DNA from: Candidatus Saccharimonadia bacterium | GTDB taxonomy: Bacteria > Patescibacteriota > Saccharimonadia > Saccharimonadales > UBA4665 | Length of the DNA stretch: 43,403 bases | Direction of reading: 5' to 3' | Assembly: GCA_035480695.1 (NCBI GenBank) | Contig: DATIHM010000063.1 | Coordinates: forward strand, 1-43,403 | Shown: positions 1-8,614 of the stretch, piece by piece | Position numbering within the stretch: the stretch's first letter is position 1 | Layout of the letters: each line of letters starts with the position of its first letter | Translations under genes and position numbers: made by a program | The notes under the pieces: model-generated | Told to the model about the DNA's origin: nothing | Database searches by the model: none | Seen by the model: only the letters and a program-made list of their open reading frames with translations

Positions 1-3000
1 ACCCGGGCACGATAGACGGTTGAACCGCTACTCACTACACCGCCTGGCTTGCCTGCAAAGACATAGATGTAACCGTTGTCGGCAACAGTGGCCTGGCCAT
101 GGTCGGTCACCGGCAGGGCTGAAGTCGTCGTACTCCAGCTGGAAATCGTACCATCAGCATTAGGCCTGGCATAGTAAACAGTTGATTGCAAGCCGCCGGT
201 GCTGTCGCCGGCAACAATGTATATGTAGCCGTTAACCGCGACAATGCCGAAGCCGGCCCGGCCATTAGGGTCAGGCAGGCTGGTGGTTGAAGTCCAAGCC
301 CCCGTGGTGCCGTCAGCGCTAAGTTTAGCCATGTAAACATTGGGAATCTGACTGCCGCCATTGTAGCCGCCGATACTATAGATGAAGCCATTGACCACAA
401 TCGAGCCGTTGCCGGATACCGAACTGCCGGTAACATTGGCATTGGGAATGTTGCCAGCGCTTGTGTTACAGCTGGCGGCGGCCGTCGTACCCTGACAGCG
501 CCAGCTGTTGATGCTGCCGTCAGCGTTAAGTTTGCCAATCATGACGGTATTAGTCTTGCCTGAGCTATTGGCGCCGCCAACGAGGTATATGTAGCCGTTG
601 GCGGCCACCGCGCCCGGGTTGCTCAACCCGTTGAATAGCGAGGTGCCTGTCTGCCAGGTAGCAGTGTCTCCGGAGTTATTACCGTCGACTGTTACGACCG
701 AGTTGGTTGTATCCACCTGCAAAAGGTTACCGCTTGAGGCATTTTGGATTTGGAACGCCGTAGTCGCGTTGCCCAGGCCCTTGACCAGAACTCCTCCCGC
801 AATCCCGGCTGTTGTGCCACCGGTGCCGGCCGCGCCTGCTTGAAGCGTGATGCTGCCACCGGTTCCGCTGGTGCCAGCGCCGGTGGCATTGCCGCCCTGA
901 CCGCCCACAAGGGTAATGCCACCGCCTATGGCACCATTCCTGGCGCCAGTCGACGAGTTGGTGCCGCCGGCCCCGGCCGTAAAGGTCAATCCGCCGCCGG
1001 CCCCAGCCGTGGCCGTGTTATTGGTCGAATCGGTAGCGTTGCCGCCGGCGCCGGCGCTGATGCTGACAGTACTGCCGATTCCGGCCGTGGTGGCAGTGCC
1101 AGAAGTCGCGCCGCCAGCTACGCCAGTTACGGTCAGGACCGAGCCGGCGTTGGTACCCGCGCCGACAACTGAAGCGGGCTGTAGTCCAGTCAGGGTTTCA
1201 CCGGCCGTGCTGACGCCAAAGTAGGTGATGGTCGCGCCGTTGTTCTGCACCTGGAATAGGTTCGTAGTCGAAGCCGTCGATGAATCCTTGATTGAGACCG
1301 GCGTATTCTGCGTCAGGGTAATGGTGGTGCCATTTGTATAAGCATTCTGTAACGAGGTTGTGGCGCCGGCACAGGAACCGAACGTTAGCTGGCCGATTGT
1401 CGTGCCGTCGTTCTGCAGACACTGGCTGAGCGATGGCGCTGTCGTTGGCAATTTAAGTGTGTAAGAGCTGCCAGGATTGGTAGTCGGCCCTTGCAGCGTG
1501 ACGGTGTTCGCACCACCAGATGAAGCAAACTGAATCGTGCCCGGCGCAGTGCTGGCCTTGCCCAGGATTATCTGGTTGTTGGTAGTATCGACCGTCAAAA
1601 CATTGTTGCCGCCGCTGGTCTGGAACTGGAAGGCGGTGGCGGAGTCGGACACAGGCTTGCCCAATAAGGTTCCGCCCAAAGTCGAGGGTCCGTTCACCGT
1701 AAACGAGGCCACATTGCTAGTAGCCAACACGTCGTCAAAATAATTGGTCGAGTTGGTCTTACCGGCGTTGCCTTCACCAATTTGAATCTGGTTAAAGTTC
1801 GAAGCGCCCATACCTATCCCAGTGGCGCTGGTCACAGATGACCCATCCATGGAAAGCTGCCAGTTGCCACTAGCCCCGTTGTTCAAACGTAACTCTAATT
1901 CATGCCATGCCCCTGTTGACATCGTCGCCGTACCGCAGGTACTACCTGCGGTCACGCTGTTGAATAAACAAACCAGGTTGCCGCTACCACCGTTTGAAAT
2001 AAATACCGTGAAGGTATTTGCACCGGCATTTGCCTGTATCAAGTCGGTGCCCGAAGAGTTGGTATTACTCGTGAGATACACATAAGCTCGGAAGTATAAC
2101 GAAGTAGAGGTGCTTGTAAGATTGGCTGTAGCAAACTTTGCTGAACCCGTAGTGTAGGTCGATAGTGCGGCATCTGAACCAGAGTGTACTGTCGTCGTCT
2201 GCACGGTCATGCCAGTATTAGTCCACGCGGCCATAGTGCCCGATTCAAAGCCATCAGAAAACAGTGTGGTGCCGGCGCCGCTTATAGTAACATTACCGTT
2301 TAGTGCGATGTTAGAGCCAGAGGTGTCAATATTCAGCAAGCTGCTGCTAGATGCGTTTTGAACTTGGAAAGCAGCTGTGGAATCCGAAGACGGCACAACC
2401 ACGACACCGGAGTTCGACGAACCATTGGGGTTAATAATTATGCCGCCTGAGCCGGAGCCAGTGCCACCCTTTATGGTCGTGGAGCCCGTCGTGTTGGTTG
2501 AGCCGATGTTAACCGTTTGTGCGGCTCCTGTGGAATTGGCTAGATTCAGTGTCGTCGTGTTGGCGGTCGAGCCGACCGAGCCTACATTAACTGTCTTGTT
2601 GTTGGCGCTGGTGCCCAGGCTGACAGAACCGACAGTTCCGGCCTCCAGATCAAGGCTGGTGTTGGTGCTGCCGGCAGAAACCGTCAAGGCTCCGGTGGCC
2701 GTAAGGCTGGTGGCTCCGATAGAAATCGTGTTCGAGCCCGAGTTGAGGTTCAGGGCATTGTTGCCCAGCGACTGGACGGTAACCGCCCCCTGGTTGGCGG
2801 CCGTGCTTGTCACCTGGATGAAATTGCTGGAGCCACCTGAGCCCTGTACATCAAATACATCCTGGCCGAAAGAGCCAGAGGAGTTCTGCAGGACTTTTAC
2901 GGCGGTGATGTTCGTGGTCGGCTGGAAGGTATTCGTGCCCGTCAGTGTATTGTTGGCATCCACCCTGGCCAGTTGGCTGGCGCTCAAACCACCCACTTTG

Positions 3001-3500
3001 TCGGAGTTGAGGGCGTACGGCACGGACTGCATGCTCATCAGCGGCGTCATGTAGCCGTTGGCGTCGCCGTTGAACTTCATGGTCAGCGACAAGGCGTTCT
3101 GGCTGTTGAAGTCGATGCCGCTGTGGCCGCTGTTACAGGCCGAGGTGAAAGCACAAGTCGCGCCGAGGTTGACCTGGAAAACGCCGCTCGTAACGCTGAC
3201 CGTATCGGTCTCTTCCCACCAGCAGTTGGTGTCGGCCGAGCAGCTCAGCGTGTTCGGGTTGTAGGTGTTGACGTTGACGTTCTGATAAAGGCGGAAAATG
3301 AAGGTGTAGCTGCCGTCGGTCACATTGGTGCCGTTGGCGTTGGTGACCTTGCCCTGGAAATTCATGGTGGTCGGGTTGGCGGCGTTGGCCGTGGGCTGGC
3401 CGATTCCGAGCATGGCAAAAAACGCCAAAAACAGCACTGAAATCAGTGCTGAAATCGTGAGGCTTTTCCGATTTAGAAAAATCTGTTTTTTGCCTGCCAA
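1..3500 (-). CDS. Giant secreted surface protein, 3'-truncated by the window edge (over 1160 aa): signal peptide, repeated FQxQN..VDT modules, ConA/LamG-like jelly-roll, Gly-rich tract, Kelch-like beta-propeller blades
   Basis: The minus-strand frame is open from TTG at 3500 (GAGG 6 nt upstream) to position 1 with no stop, so it is absent from the ORF track. My translation starts (M)AGKKQIFLNRKSLTISALISVLFLAFFAMLGIGQPTANA/ANPTTMNFQGKVTNANG, a Sec-type signal. It contains TAFQIQNASSGNLLQVDTTN-type modules. FSDGFESGTMAAWTNTG...GAWHELELRLNN at about 1729-2262 looks ConA/LamG-like. A GAGGNATDSTNN..GGQGGNATGAGTSGTGG tract lies at about 830-1180. NGYIYLVGG, NGFIYSIGGYNG, NGYIYIVAGD and NGYIYVFAG blades with following Trp lie at about 1-660. 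ATG at 3414 is an alternative start. Confidence 0.85.
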   Translation of the reverse strand, partial: MAGKKQIFLNRKSLTISALISVLFLAFFAMLGIGQPTANAANPTTMNFQGKVTNANGTNVTDGSYTFIFRLYQNVNVNTYNPNTLSCSADTNCWWEETDTVSVTSGVFQVNLGATCAFTSACNSGHSGIDFNSQNALSLTMKFNGDANGYMTPLMSMQSVPYALNSDKVGGLSASQLARVDANNTLTGTNTFQPTTNITAVKVLQNSSGSFGQDVFDVQGSGGSSNFIQVTSTAANQGAVTVQSLGNNALNLNSGSNTISIGATSLTATGALTVSAGSTNTSLDLEAGTVGSVSLGTSANNKTVNVGSVGSTANTTTLNLANSTGAAQTVNIGSTNTTGSTTIKGGTGSGSGGIIINPNGSSNSGVVVVPSSDSTAAFQVQNASSSSLLNIDTSGSNIALNGNVTISGAGTTLFSDGFESGTMAAWTNTGMTVQTTTVHSGSDAALSTYTTGSAKFATANLTSTSTSLYFRAYVYLTSNTNSSGTDLIQANAGANTFTVFISNGGSGNLVCLFNSVTAGSTCGTATMSTGAWHELELRLNNGASGNWQLSMDGSSVTSATGIGMGASNFNQIQIGEGNAGKTNSTNYFDDVLATSNVASFTVNGPSTLGGTLLGKPVSDSATAFQFQTSGGNNVLTVDTTNNQIILGKASTAPGTIQFASSGGANTVTLQGPTTNPGSSYTLKLPTTAPSLSQCLQNDGTTIGQLTFGSCAGATTSLQNAYTNGTTITLTQNTPVSIKDSSTASTTNLFQVQNNGATITYFGVSTAGETLTGLQPASVVGAGTNAGSVLTVTGVAGGATSGTATTAGIGSTVSISAGAGGNATDSTNNTATAGAGGGLTFTAGAGGTNSSTGARNGAIGGGITLVGGQGGNATGAGTSGTGGSITLQAGAAGTGGTTAGIAGGVLVKGLGNATTAFQIQNASSGNLLQVDTTNSVVTVDGNNSGDTATWQTGTSLFNGLSNPGAVAANGYIYLVGGANSSGKTNTVMIGKLNADGSINSWRCQGTTAAASCNTSAGNIPNANVTGSSVSGNGSIVVNGFIYSIGGYNGGSQIPNVYMAKLSADGTTGAWTSTTSLPDPNGRAGFGIVAVNGYIYIVAGDSTGGLQSTVYYARPNADGTISSWSTTTSALPVTDHGQATVADNGYIYVFAGKPGGVVSSGSTVYRAR

Positions 3501-3585
3501 TTCCGGCCTCGAATTTACTCTTCTAGCATAACCTGTATAACAGGGGTTTGGCAAGGAGTTATTTGACTTTGTTTTCCACAGTTTT

Positions 3586-4566
3586 TCAAGCCCCCGATTT
3601 GGGCTTTTTGCCGTACTTTGGCGCCGACTTTTCGGCCTGGATTTTTTTATAGTAGTAGACAATGAAAACGACGATAATCAATAGCAAAATCGCCAAAGCC
3701 AGATAAGTTCCTGGCGATTTGAGCAAAATGCTTGTCTGATAGCTGCGGAACTGGTCGGTGCCGTCAAAGCGGAAATTGACCGTCAGCTTGTACTTGCCGG
3801 CCTTGTCTGCCGACGCGACCTTCATCATATCCACGGTGAATTCCCTATTGACCTGGGGCAAAATGAGACTTGAATTCTCGTTTATGACCCCTTGGCTGAC
3901 AAGCTTGCCTTTTGGGTTCGTTATGGTGACCGTACCACGCGGCACGACATGAGTGTTGCCGTCGTTAAGGAAATGCAGCACGACTTTACTGGGCAATTTG
4001 AAAGTGTCGTGGCTGGCTTCGACCGACGTGAGCTTGAGGCTATGGATGTCGCCGCCGACCTTGTTGACGAAAAGCAGCGACGAGGCGATCGGATGCACGG
4101 CAACCTGGTTCGGCTTGGGCGTTGCAGCGCCCTCAGATAGGCCGAGCATCAACGCGCCGTAGTGACCGCCAGGCGCCAGCGTGCTGTCGTTGCGTATGTA
4201 GGCTATGATTTTGACTGTCTGCTGCGGCTGCACTACAACCGAAGTCTGCGGCAGTGTCAACCAGGTCGCCAGGCCGTATTTTTTCTGCAAAGCCGTCGGG
4301 TTGGAGCCGACAAAAAACAGGCCGCCGGTGTCAGCCAGCTCGTTGAAGTCCTGTGTCGTCAGCTGGATGTTTTCGGCGCTCGGCCGGTGGTTCGTAACCG
4401 TAAAGTCCAGCTCATGTTGTGGTTCGACGGCTAAGACCTGTACCTGTTGGAAGGCCGGCGAAACGGTTATGCCCTGGGGCTGCATAGTGTCAGTCGCCGC
4501 CGACGCGACCTGAGGCAACAGCAGAAGTACGGTTAAGAATACGGCCGAAAGTTGACGCCTATACAC
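3586..4566 (-). CDS. Bitopic cell-surface protein: signal peptide, two beta-sandwich-like halves, C-terminal TM anchor with basic tail. Resembles DUF916+DUF3324 proteins of WxL loci.
   Basis: GTG start overlaps the upstream stop by 8 nt (GTGTATAG). Signal peptide MYRRQLSAVFLTVLLLLPQVASA. C-terminal TM LALAILLLIIVVFIVYYY followed by KKIQAEKSAPKYGKKPKSGA. Same domain order as the 4559-5623 product. The family assignment is from motif layout only. Confidence 0.85.
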   Translation of the reverse strand: MYRRQLSAVFLTVLLLLPQVASAATDTMQPQGITVSPAFQQVQVLAVEPQHELDFTVTNHRPSAENIQLTTQDFNELADTGGLFFVGSNPTALQKKYGLATWLTLPQTSVVVQPQQTVKIIAYIRNDSTLAPGGHYGALMLGLSEGAATPKPNQVAVHPIASSLLFVNKVGGDIHSLKLTSVEASHDTFKLPSKVVLHFLNDGNTHVVPRGTVTITNPKGKLVSQGVINENSSLILPQVNREFTVDMMKVASADKAGKYKLTVNFRFDGTDQFRSYQTSILLKSPGTYLALAILLLIIVVFIVYYYKKIQAEKSAPKYGKKPKSGA

Positions 4567-5623
4567 GGCGGGATTTCTTGCGGTACCGTACGATTCCTGC
4601 TGATTTGCGGAAAGTCACCCATAGGCCGATGCCGACGAAGACGATCGTGAAAAGCAGCACGCCGATCAGCCTCCACGGAATCACCCAGAATTGCACGCTG
4701 GCATCCAGCGGCACGTCCCGCTGGCCGTTGTTATAAATCATCACCAGATTAGCCTTGTAGTGCCCGAACCGCAACCGGTTGGCATGGGCGAAATTCCAGT
4801 TGATGGTTGTGACTGGTTGGTCATTCTTATCGACGAGCGGTTGGCCATTTGAGCCGACCTTAGCCACATGGACCGGGAAGCCATTGTTCCAGTTGGCGGT
4901 GAAAAACCTGCTGCCGTCGGGCAAAACATTACCTTGGTTCTGGTTGATATCAATCGAATCTATCTGCTTACTGCCCTTGAAGATAAAAATGTTACCGTAA
5001 GGGGCGACATGGACATTACCGGTATTTCGGATCTTGACCGAGAAGCTGACAGGCAGGAACTCATAGGTTTTGTGGCTGGCCACGAAGTTGACAAGCTGGG
5101 CCTGGCGCTTGGCGCCTGGAATATCGGCATTCAGTAAGATGAAGGTCGCGACGGCTCCGTGCGCGATTGCCTTGCCTGGCTCTTCTGCGATGTCTTTGGC
5201 ACGCAAATACTCGACAGCGAAGTAGTAACCGAAGGCAGCCGATTTAGGCACATTGACCGTCATCTTGATGTCTTGCCACTCGTTACTTGGCGCGTCAAAA
5301 GCCGTCCTATTGAATGACACCCATTTAACCCAGGTATCGTTGGGCCCGGGCGGCACAAGATGAGTGACGCCGTTGTCATCTTCGCTAACCTTAAGCAGTT
5401 TAATCTGAAGATGCTCGGTTTCGCTGCCAATATTGCGGACGCGCAAATCGGCGTTCACTGAAGTCCCGGGAGCAGTGTCGAACTCTATCGGTAAGGGCGA
5501 GATCTGCAGGTTTATGCCCTCAGTCGGTGTGGTGGAGGTCGCGGCGAAGGCCGGCTTGAACGGAACCATCAGAGTTGCCAAACCAAATACCGTCACAAGG
5601 AGCCAGACTGAAACCCTCTTCAT
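4559..5623 (-). CDS. Bitopic cell-surface protein, paralog of 3586-4566 (DUF916/DUF3324-like)
   Basis: The ORF is 4559-5641. I prefer ATG 5623 (MKRVSVWLLVTVFGLATLMVPFKPAFA signal) because TATACT lies 8 nt upstream. GINLQISPLPIEFDTAPGTSVNADLRVRNIGSE and KIRNTGNVHVAPYGNIFIF..VLPDGSRFFTANW fit the two halves of WxL-locus DUF916/DUF3324 proteins. C-terminal TM LIGVLLFTIVFVGIGLWVTF plus a basic tail. Confidence 0.85.
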   Translation of the reverse strand: MKRVSVWLLVTVFGLATLMVPFKPAFAATSTTPTEGINLQISPLPIEFDTAPGTSVNADLRVRNIGSETEHLQIKLLKVSEDDNGVTHLVPPGPNDTWVKWVSFNRTAFDAPSNEWQDIKMTVNVPKSAAFGYYFAVEYLRAKDIAEEPGKAIAHGAVATFILLNADIPGAKRQAQLVNFVASHKTYEFLPVSFSVKIRNTGNVHVAPYGNIFIFKGSKQIDSIDINQNQGNVLPDGSRFFTANWNNGFPVHVAKVGSNGQPLVDKNDQPVTTINWNFAHANRLRFGHYKANLVMIYNNGQRDVPLDASVQFWVIPWRLIGVLLFTIVFVGIGLWVTFRKSAGIVRYRKKSRRV

Positions 5624-5687
5624 TACCAAACAGTATACCAAAGTCGCCTTAAAGCCATTCTACAGAGCTGCAAAAGTGTCAAAGCTC

Positions 5688-6809
5688 TTAGAATCGGCCG
5701 GCTGCGACAACCGTCACGGTGCCGCTGTAATCGGTAGCAGCTGGTGTGCTGCCCAGAATCATCGCGTTGTAGGTCAGTGGCACCAGGCAGGCGTTGGCTA
5801 CGCCGTCGGAAACCGCAATCGTGCGCAAGGTGCCGTCGAGGCCACCGCCCCTGAAGCTGGTTCCGCCCGAGGCGAATTTGGCGTCGATCGTGACTGAGTT
5901 ACAAGTACCGCCGGCTGTGGCACCTACGCCGAGGTTGGCGCCTTCTTCAGCCGACAAAGTATGCACCGCGCCACCCGCTGATGGACTGTAAGCTATCGTA
6001 TGGCCCGCTGTTGTAGAGTGCAGGCCGATGTTGGCGCCGCCAGGGTCGGCCGCCCACATATCCCAGCCCCTTTGGGCATTCGTCGTCACGCTGGCATTTA
6101 TGGCACTGCCCGCCGTTCCTGAGGTAGAAAGGGTGCCTAAAGCCGAGGCGTTCGAACCAAGCGAGAATGCAAAACTTGGGCTGACTGTGGCCGTGACCGC
6201 TATCTGGTCGTTGCTGACGACCGCGGTTGCCCAGTTGCTGGTGTCAAGGTTGCCACCAGTACCACCTCCCGAGCCGGTGCTGGCACAGTTGGTCGAGTTG
6301 CTACAGGTCGTAATGACGCCGGTGAGGTTAGGGTTGGCGGCCGGATTAGTCAATGCTGTGGCGCTTGTCCAGTTGAAGCAATACCAAGTACTGGCGGTCA
6401 GGTCAGTGCTAGTAAACTGTACCGTCTGCCCGCTGATTTGGTTTGATGCGCTGGGAGCTGTAATACCAGGCCAGGCCGTGGCGGCCGTCGAGTCGTTAAG
6501 CGGGTCAGGTGGCCAGCCGGTCGAGGTCGTACCTACCGTCCAGGTACCGAAGGCGCCGAGCGTGAAGCCTGTCGGGAACGTGACCGCGACTGCAGCTTCG
6601 GTCTGGGATGCGGCCGTTGTCTTGGCGCAAACTGTACCAGTTGTGGTTCCGGTGGCGTTCATGTTATCAAGCCTAACCAAACCATAGCTAAGAGAGCCGG
6701 CAGCAGCGTGGTCAACAAGCGTGGGTACCAAGAATTGGCAAACTAAGGCAATTAATAAAACTGGCGTGAGGAGAATTTTGGGATTTAGGAATTTCTTCAG
6801 ATTTTTCAT
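5688..6809 (-). CDS. Secreted Ser/Thr/Gly-rich surface protein, WxL-domain-like (remote)
   Basis: ATG with an AAAGG SD. Signal peptide MKNLKKFLNPKILLTPVLLIALVCQFLV. No other TM segment. It shares TAGHTIA and a C-terminal aromatic-ended strand with the 6901-7971 product (DYSGTVTVVAAGRF versus NYAEIVTLIAAAAF). GWDMW plus the terminal strand recall the two WxL motifs. Confidence 0.8.
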   Translation of the reverse strand: MKNLKKFLNPKILLTPVLLIALVCQFLVPTLVDHAAAGSLSYGLVRLDNMNATGTTTGTVCAKTTAASQTEAAVAVTFPTGFTLGAFGTWTVGTTSTGWPPDPLNDSTAATAWPGITAPSASNQISGQTVQFTSTDLTASTWYCFNWTSATALTNPAANPNLTGVITTCSNSTNCASTGSGGGTGGNLDTSNWATAVVSNDQIAVTATVSPSFAFSLGSNASALGTLSTSGTAGSAINASVTTNAQRGWDMWAADPGGANIGLHSTTAGHTIAYSPSAGGAVHTLSAEEGANLGVGATAGGTCNSVTIDAKFASGGTSFRGGGLDGTLRTIAVSDGVANACLVPLTYNAMILGSTPAATDYSGTVTVVAAGRF

Positions 6810-6856
6810 GATACCTTTATCTCGGCTTTGCTGTTAATTTTTTTGTTGACATCTTA

Positions 6857-6885
6857 ACTTTAGAAAACCGCAAGCGGTTTGTCAA
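6857..6885 (-). promoter_or_regulatory. Sigma70-like promoter for 5688-6809, with a terminator-like hairpin of the upstream gene in its spacer
   Basis: On the minus strand: TTGACA (6885-6880), a 17-nt spacer, then TAAAGT (6862-6857). The spacer holds the hairpin AAACCG-CTTG-CGGTTT (6865-6880) followed by TCT. Confidence 0.45.
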
Positions 6886-6900
6886 ATATAAAAAGTATAT

Positions 6901-7971
6901 CTAAAATGCGGCTGCTGCTATCAGGGTTACGATTTCGGCATAGTTTGATGCGGCTTGGGTAGAGCTCGAAGCTTTGGCCTTGAGCTGGATAGCCGCCTGG
7001 CCACCCACTAATGGCGTCGTCGAGTCGAGTAGCGTGCTAATGGTGGTAGCAATCTGCCCAACGTTGTTACTTGTGTTGTTATAAGGGGAAACCTTGGATA
7101 AGGGGCCGCCTGATGTCTGGGTACTGCTGGCGATTTGCGCTCCGAAGCCTTCGCTCGCCGAGCTAAGGTCGGCTGTCGCGGAGGCGATGGTATGGCCGGC
7201 TGTGACGCTCTTTAGGCCACCGTTAGCTGAATATATATAGACCTTGCCACCGCCATCCCCGTTGGTGGCGAAATCAACTCCTAAATTTGTCGGGCTATTT
7301 ATGACGCTAGCTGGCAACAAAGTGCTGAATGCTTCGCTGCTTCCGCCGGCCGCACAGTTCGCGTTACTGTATAAACAGAAACTGATCTGTTGACCGAGGG
7401 TGGCGGCGTTCGAGGATGGGCCATAGGCGCTCTCGGTGTGGGCACCCTGCGTCGCTTTGGCGCGGATACAATAGGTCGTGTTCGAAGACAGCCCGATAAT
7501 CGTCGTGCCGCTGGCGCCTCCCCACGAAGAATAAGTCTGGTAATCAGTCAGTGTCAGCGTAGAACCGATTGTGTGGTCACTCTTCACATAGAAGATATTG
7601 CTGGCGAAGTCGCAACTGCCGACACCGACCTGCACCTGCAAGGCATACAGCGCATCCGTCGGGTTATTCTGCGTATCGAGCACGAACAGCAGCTTGTCGT
7701 AATAACTACTCGGGTTGGAAAGGGTGACCTGAGGCACGTTGGCCTGCTGGGTCTGGATGAAGCCCGGTTTATCGGTATAGTTGCTGGTTGACTCGGTTTG
7801 GCCGCTGATTTCGCCGGAAATGCCTTCCAAAGAATAAGTCGATGTGCCGGAGTTGCCACCACCGCTGCCGAAACCGTAACTGTTCAGCTTGTAGTTGCTG
7901 GTCGCCGGGAAAGCGGCGAACATATTAAGTACCAATCCTGCCGTTAACAGCGATACGAAACCCTTTAACAT
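6901..7971 (-). CDS. Secreted Ser/Thr/Gly-rich surface protein, paralog of 5688-6809 (WxL-like, remote)
   Basis: The ORF is 6901-8025. The internal ATG 7971 gives the signal peptide MLKGFVSLLTAGLVLNMFAAFPATS, removes the overlap with the 8000-8575 gene, and has GAGAG 4 nt upstream. The C-terminal half aligns by eye with the neighbouring paralog (LKSVTAGHTIASATADLS; terminal IVTLIAAAAF). Confidence 0.8.
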   Translation of the reverse strand: MLKGFVSLLTAGLVLNMFAAFPATSNYKLNSYGFGSGGGNSGTSTYSLEGISGEISGQTESTSNYTDKPGFIQTQQANVPQVTLSNPSSYYDKLLFVLDTQNNPTDALYALQVQVGVGSCDFASNIFYVKSDHTIGSTLTLTDYQTYSSWGGASGTTIIGLSSNTTYCIRAKATQGAHTESAYGPSSNAATLGQQISFCLYSNANCAAGGSSEAFSTLLPASVINSPTNLGVDFATNGDGGGKVYIYSANGGLKSVTAGHTIASATADLSSASEGFGAQIASSTQTSGGPLSKVSPYNNTSNNVGQIATTISTLLDSTTPLVGGQAAIQLKAKASSSTQAASNYAEIVTLIAAAAF

Positions 7972-7999
7972 GACACTCTCATCGCGGTTAAGTATAGCA

Positions 8000-8575
8000 T
8001 CACTTCCATTGCCAGGAGTCGGCAATGGTGCGGTAATCGGTGCCGAGTTCCCGGTTATTCAGCGCTGCTGTCAAGCTGACTGAGGCCACGTCCCCGTCGT
8101 GGGCCATGAATCCGGTATATTCTGAGCCGTCCTGACTTTTGGAAAAGACCAGCGCGTCATTCGAGTCGGACTCTTTATATATTGTCGGGTGCAGGCGCCT
8201 GAAGTTTACACCGGAATCATTGACCAAAGTACCTCTATATATAGTTATGACTGCATCTTTTACCGCCCGATCGGTGCTGTCGACGGTTGCCAGTCTGATG
8301 TCTTCAAGGTCATTGCCGCTTTTTTGGGTGCTGATTACCACGTAGGTGGCGGGATATCTGAAGCTGACTGATTTCCCTTCGTAAGTCTTTGGGCTGGGAG
8401 CATTTTTTTGCTTTTCGGGTTTCGGCGGAGTAATAGTGCCGTAAGCCGGCGAATCTAGGCTGTGCACGATAGACGCGACCAGGACTGCCACTACCAGGAA
8501 GCCGGCCGTGAACCCGACCGTCCTTGGGTTGCGCTTCACGAAACCCAACGCGTTTTGCCTCCACTTACGGCCCAT
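8000..8575 (-). CDS. N-terminally TM-anchored extracytoplasmic protein, function unknown
   Basis: Basic N-terminus plus TM VGFTAGFLVVAVLVASIV, then a roughly 140-aa domain. GAAAGG SD. Starts 39 nt after the metK stop with no hairpin in between. Confidence 0.8.
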   Translation of the reverse strand: MGRKWRQNALGFVKRNPRTVGFTAGFLVVAVLVASIVHSLDSPAYGTITPPKPEKQKNAPSPKTYEGKSVSFRYPATYVVISTQKSGNDLEDIRLATVDSTDRAVKDAVITIYRGTLVNDSGVNFRRLHPTIYKESDSNDALVFSKSQDGSEYTGFMAHDGDVASVSLTAALNNRELGTDYRTIADSWQWK

Positions 8576-8614
8576 AGCCTTTCTATAGTGGAGCTTATGC
8601 TATATTTTTGCAAG

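Noticed and set aside
598-3531. Series of + strand ORFs (81-225 aa: 598-843, 744-1172, 916-1224, 2377-3054, 2973-3440 and others)
   Set aside because: They are antisense shadows of the uninterrupted minus-strand giant ORF. Their translations are Pro/Ala/Val/Arg-rich nonsense with no start context.
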